The notes beneath the pieces were generated by a model. The model was not told the origin of the DNA, searched no databases, and was given only the letters and a program-made list of their open reading frames with translations. Below, piece after piece: positions 63,801-64,000 of a stretch of DNA of 64,000 bases. Positions within the stretch are counted from its first letter, which is position 1, and each line of letters begins with the position of its first letter. The stretch comes from Candidatus Poribacteria bacterium (GTDB lineage Bacteria > Poribacteria > WGA-4E > WGA-3G). The position numbers were made by a program, and so were the translations under genes. The stretch is from assembly GCA_965215265.1 (NCBI GenBank), contig OZ244048.1, positions 1,984,001 to 2,048,000 on the forward strand, written 5' to 3'.

Positions 63801-63891
63801 TCACGTCAAAACCGTGTAGGTGTTGACCGGGGTGCAAATCAACGTTTGGCATCCGAGTCGTTTCCAATATTGTAACCTCCATACTTTTCAT
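60868..63891 (-). CDS. M16C insulinase-family metallopeptidase (presequence protease-like)
   Basis: HILEH inverted zinc motif, FINAMT, GIVYNEMKG, IRFKGNAYGA, SYRDP; start uncertain. Confidence 0.93.
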   Translation of the reverse strand: MKSMEVTILETTRMPNVDLHPGQHLHGFDVKAVTPIDELRAVTIELAHPQSGARLLHLYTDDTENLFSINFPTPPPDDTGLPHILEHAVLAGSQKYPVKEPFFEMIKMSMATFINAMTSSDHTYYPVASNVKKDLFNLAEVYFDAVFHPLLTEETFKREGHHLAPINPEDPTGDLKITGIVYNEMKGVFSDPESLLYRSMTSRLLPDTLYARESGGDPDAIPDLTYAQLQRFHQNHYHPSNSYFFLYGDIPTRDYLAFLSDKLSAIPRNEESASLRPLRPEVTRQSRWKSAQTVQATYPVAPDEPLTEKTYLMLSWLIGDATDPEDVAMCRILSLILLGNEAAPLKKAIIDSKLGADLIFSGASSIGASSTFYVGLKGSEKERVDAFTQLVMQTLTEIADTEIESAKVEAAFQQATYYYQEVAPMFPLRMLYRVIEAWIYEKEPDTFLKMGECLSIIQRRWEADAAIFNQLIRERLLENPHRLTSVLSPHPGMQSELDAALEARMKATRAKLSDEQVQQIAADAAELERLNGQPNSPEALAKLPQLQVSDLPEKPKHIPTTIEKVHDVELLRNDVFANGVNYLVLNFDLRGLPQHLWAYLPRYAEAIGKLGAADMNYEQVAQRKSAVTGGIGCSPGFSTHALDGNRSLQSLRFHFKALDGKMESALDVLRALVFSVNPRDKARLRDVLTQSVAEYRTEMVHDGSNTAIHHAARNLSPQARLSEIVFGLPQLHVSERLLTDFDELNEELMCHIEEIRDFLLVRGRMTASFTGSDAAFNVLNTHLNEWIQKMCDEPIMDEPIGFEAGDMRLREGLAGPIQIAHCAHVVPAPHYSHPDSTLLRIGAHIIRLDYIMSEIRFKGNAYGAWFTYNPFDAQLYQASYRDPHIARTLNVFEQTVEYVKQVDWTQTDIDRAIIATAKDGEKPIRPSQAASSALSQHLAGQTREMREERYARLCRATPAEVKRVLLELLEENRDNAAVCVVSSREKLEAANRELAKPLAIEDILASP

Positions 63892-64000
63892 TTTGAATCT
63901 TTTGCCAAATTGGCACAAACTAATTCTTTATCGTTCCGAGCGAACACATGTTTGTAAGCGAACGCAGGGTGCGCCCAAGTCACACCGCCTCTACGGTTCA

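Overview
Bacterial chromosomal window, most consistent with Candidatus Poribacteria. This is an inference from the divergent 27F site in the 16S gene, LamG/CBM proteins ending in a KLxxxW(G/A)x(I/L)K tail, and abundant palindromic intergenic repeats. In order it contains: a partial complex I operon (nuoD-H-I-J-K-L, minus strand); a rhodanese-MoeB gene with an in-frame TGA at the conserved Cys position (probable selenoprotein); housekeeping genes (PHP hydrolase, GT9, HAD, lexA, redoxin, class A PBP, FGE-family, mutY); a defence islet with two tandem Type III Mod methyltransferases that have near-identical ends but unrelated central regions, dead res stubs, VapBC, an orphan HicA and an IS1 scar; a type 2 ileS with GVHH in place of HIGH; an unannotated ~230-nt structured RNA with its own promoter; purB; a cluster of two solute-binding-protein/OmpA fusions, a vWA protein and a 2-TM helical protein, interleaved with two families of nested palindromic repeats; secreted proteins; a complete minus-strand rRNA locus; and envelope/protease genes. 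The rRNA spacer holds a terminator after tRNA-Ile and a 136-bp tandem repeat in which each full unit is a sigma70 promoter plus a tRNA-Trp-like cloverleaf. All calls were made by eye from the sequence and ORF track; no searches or folding programs were run.
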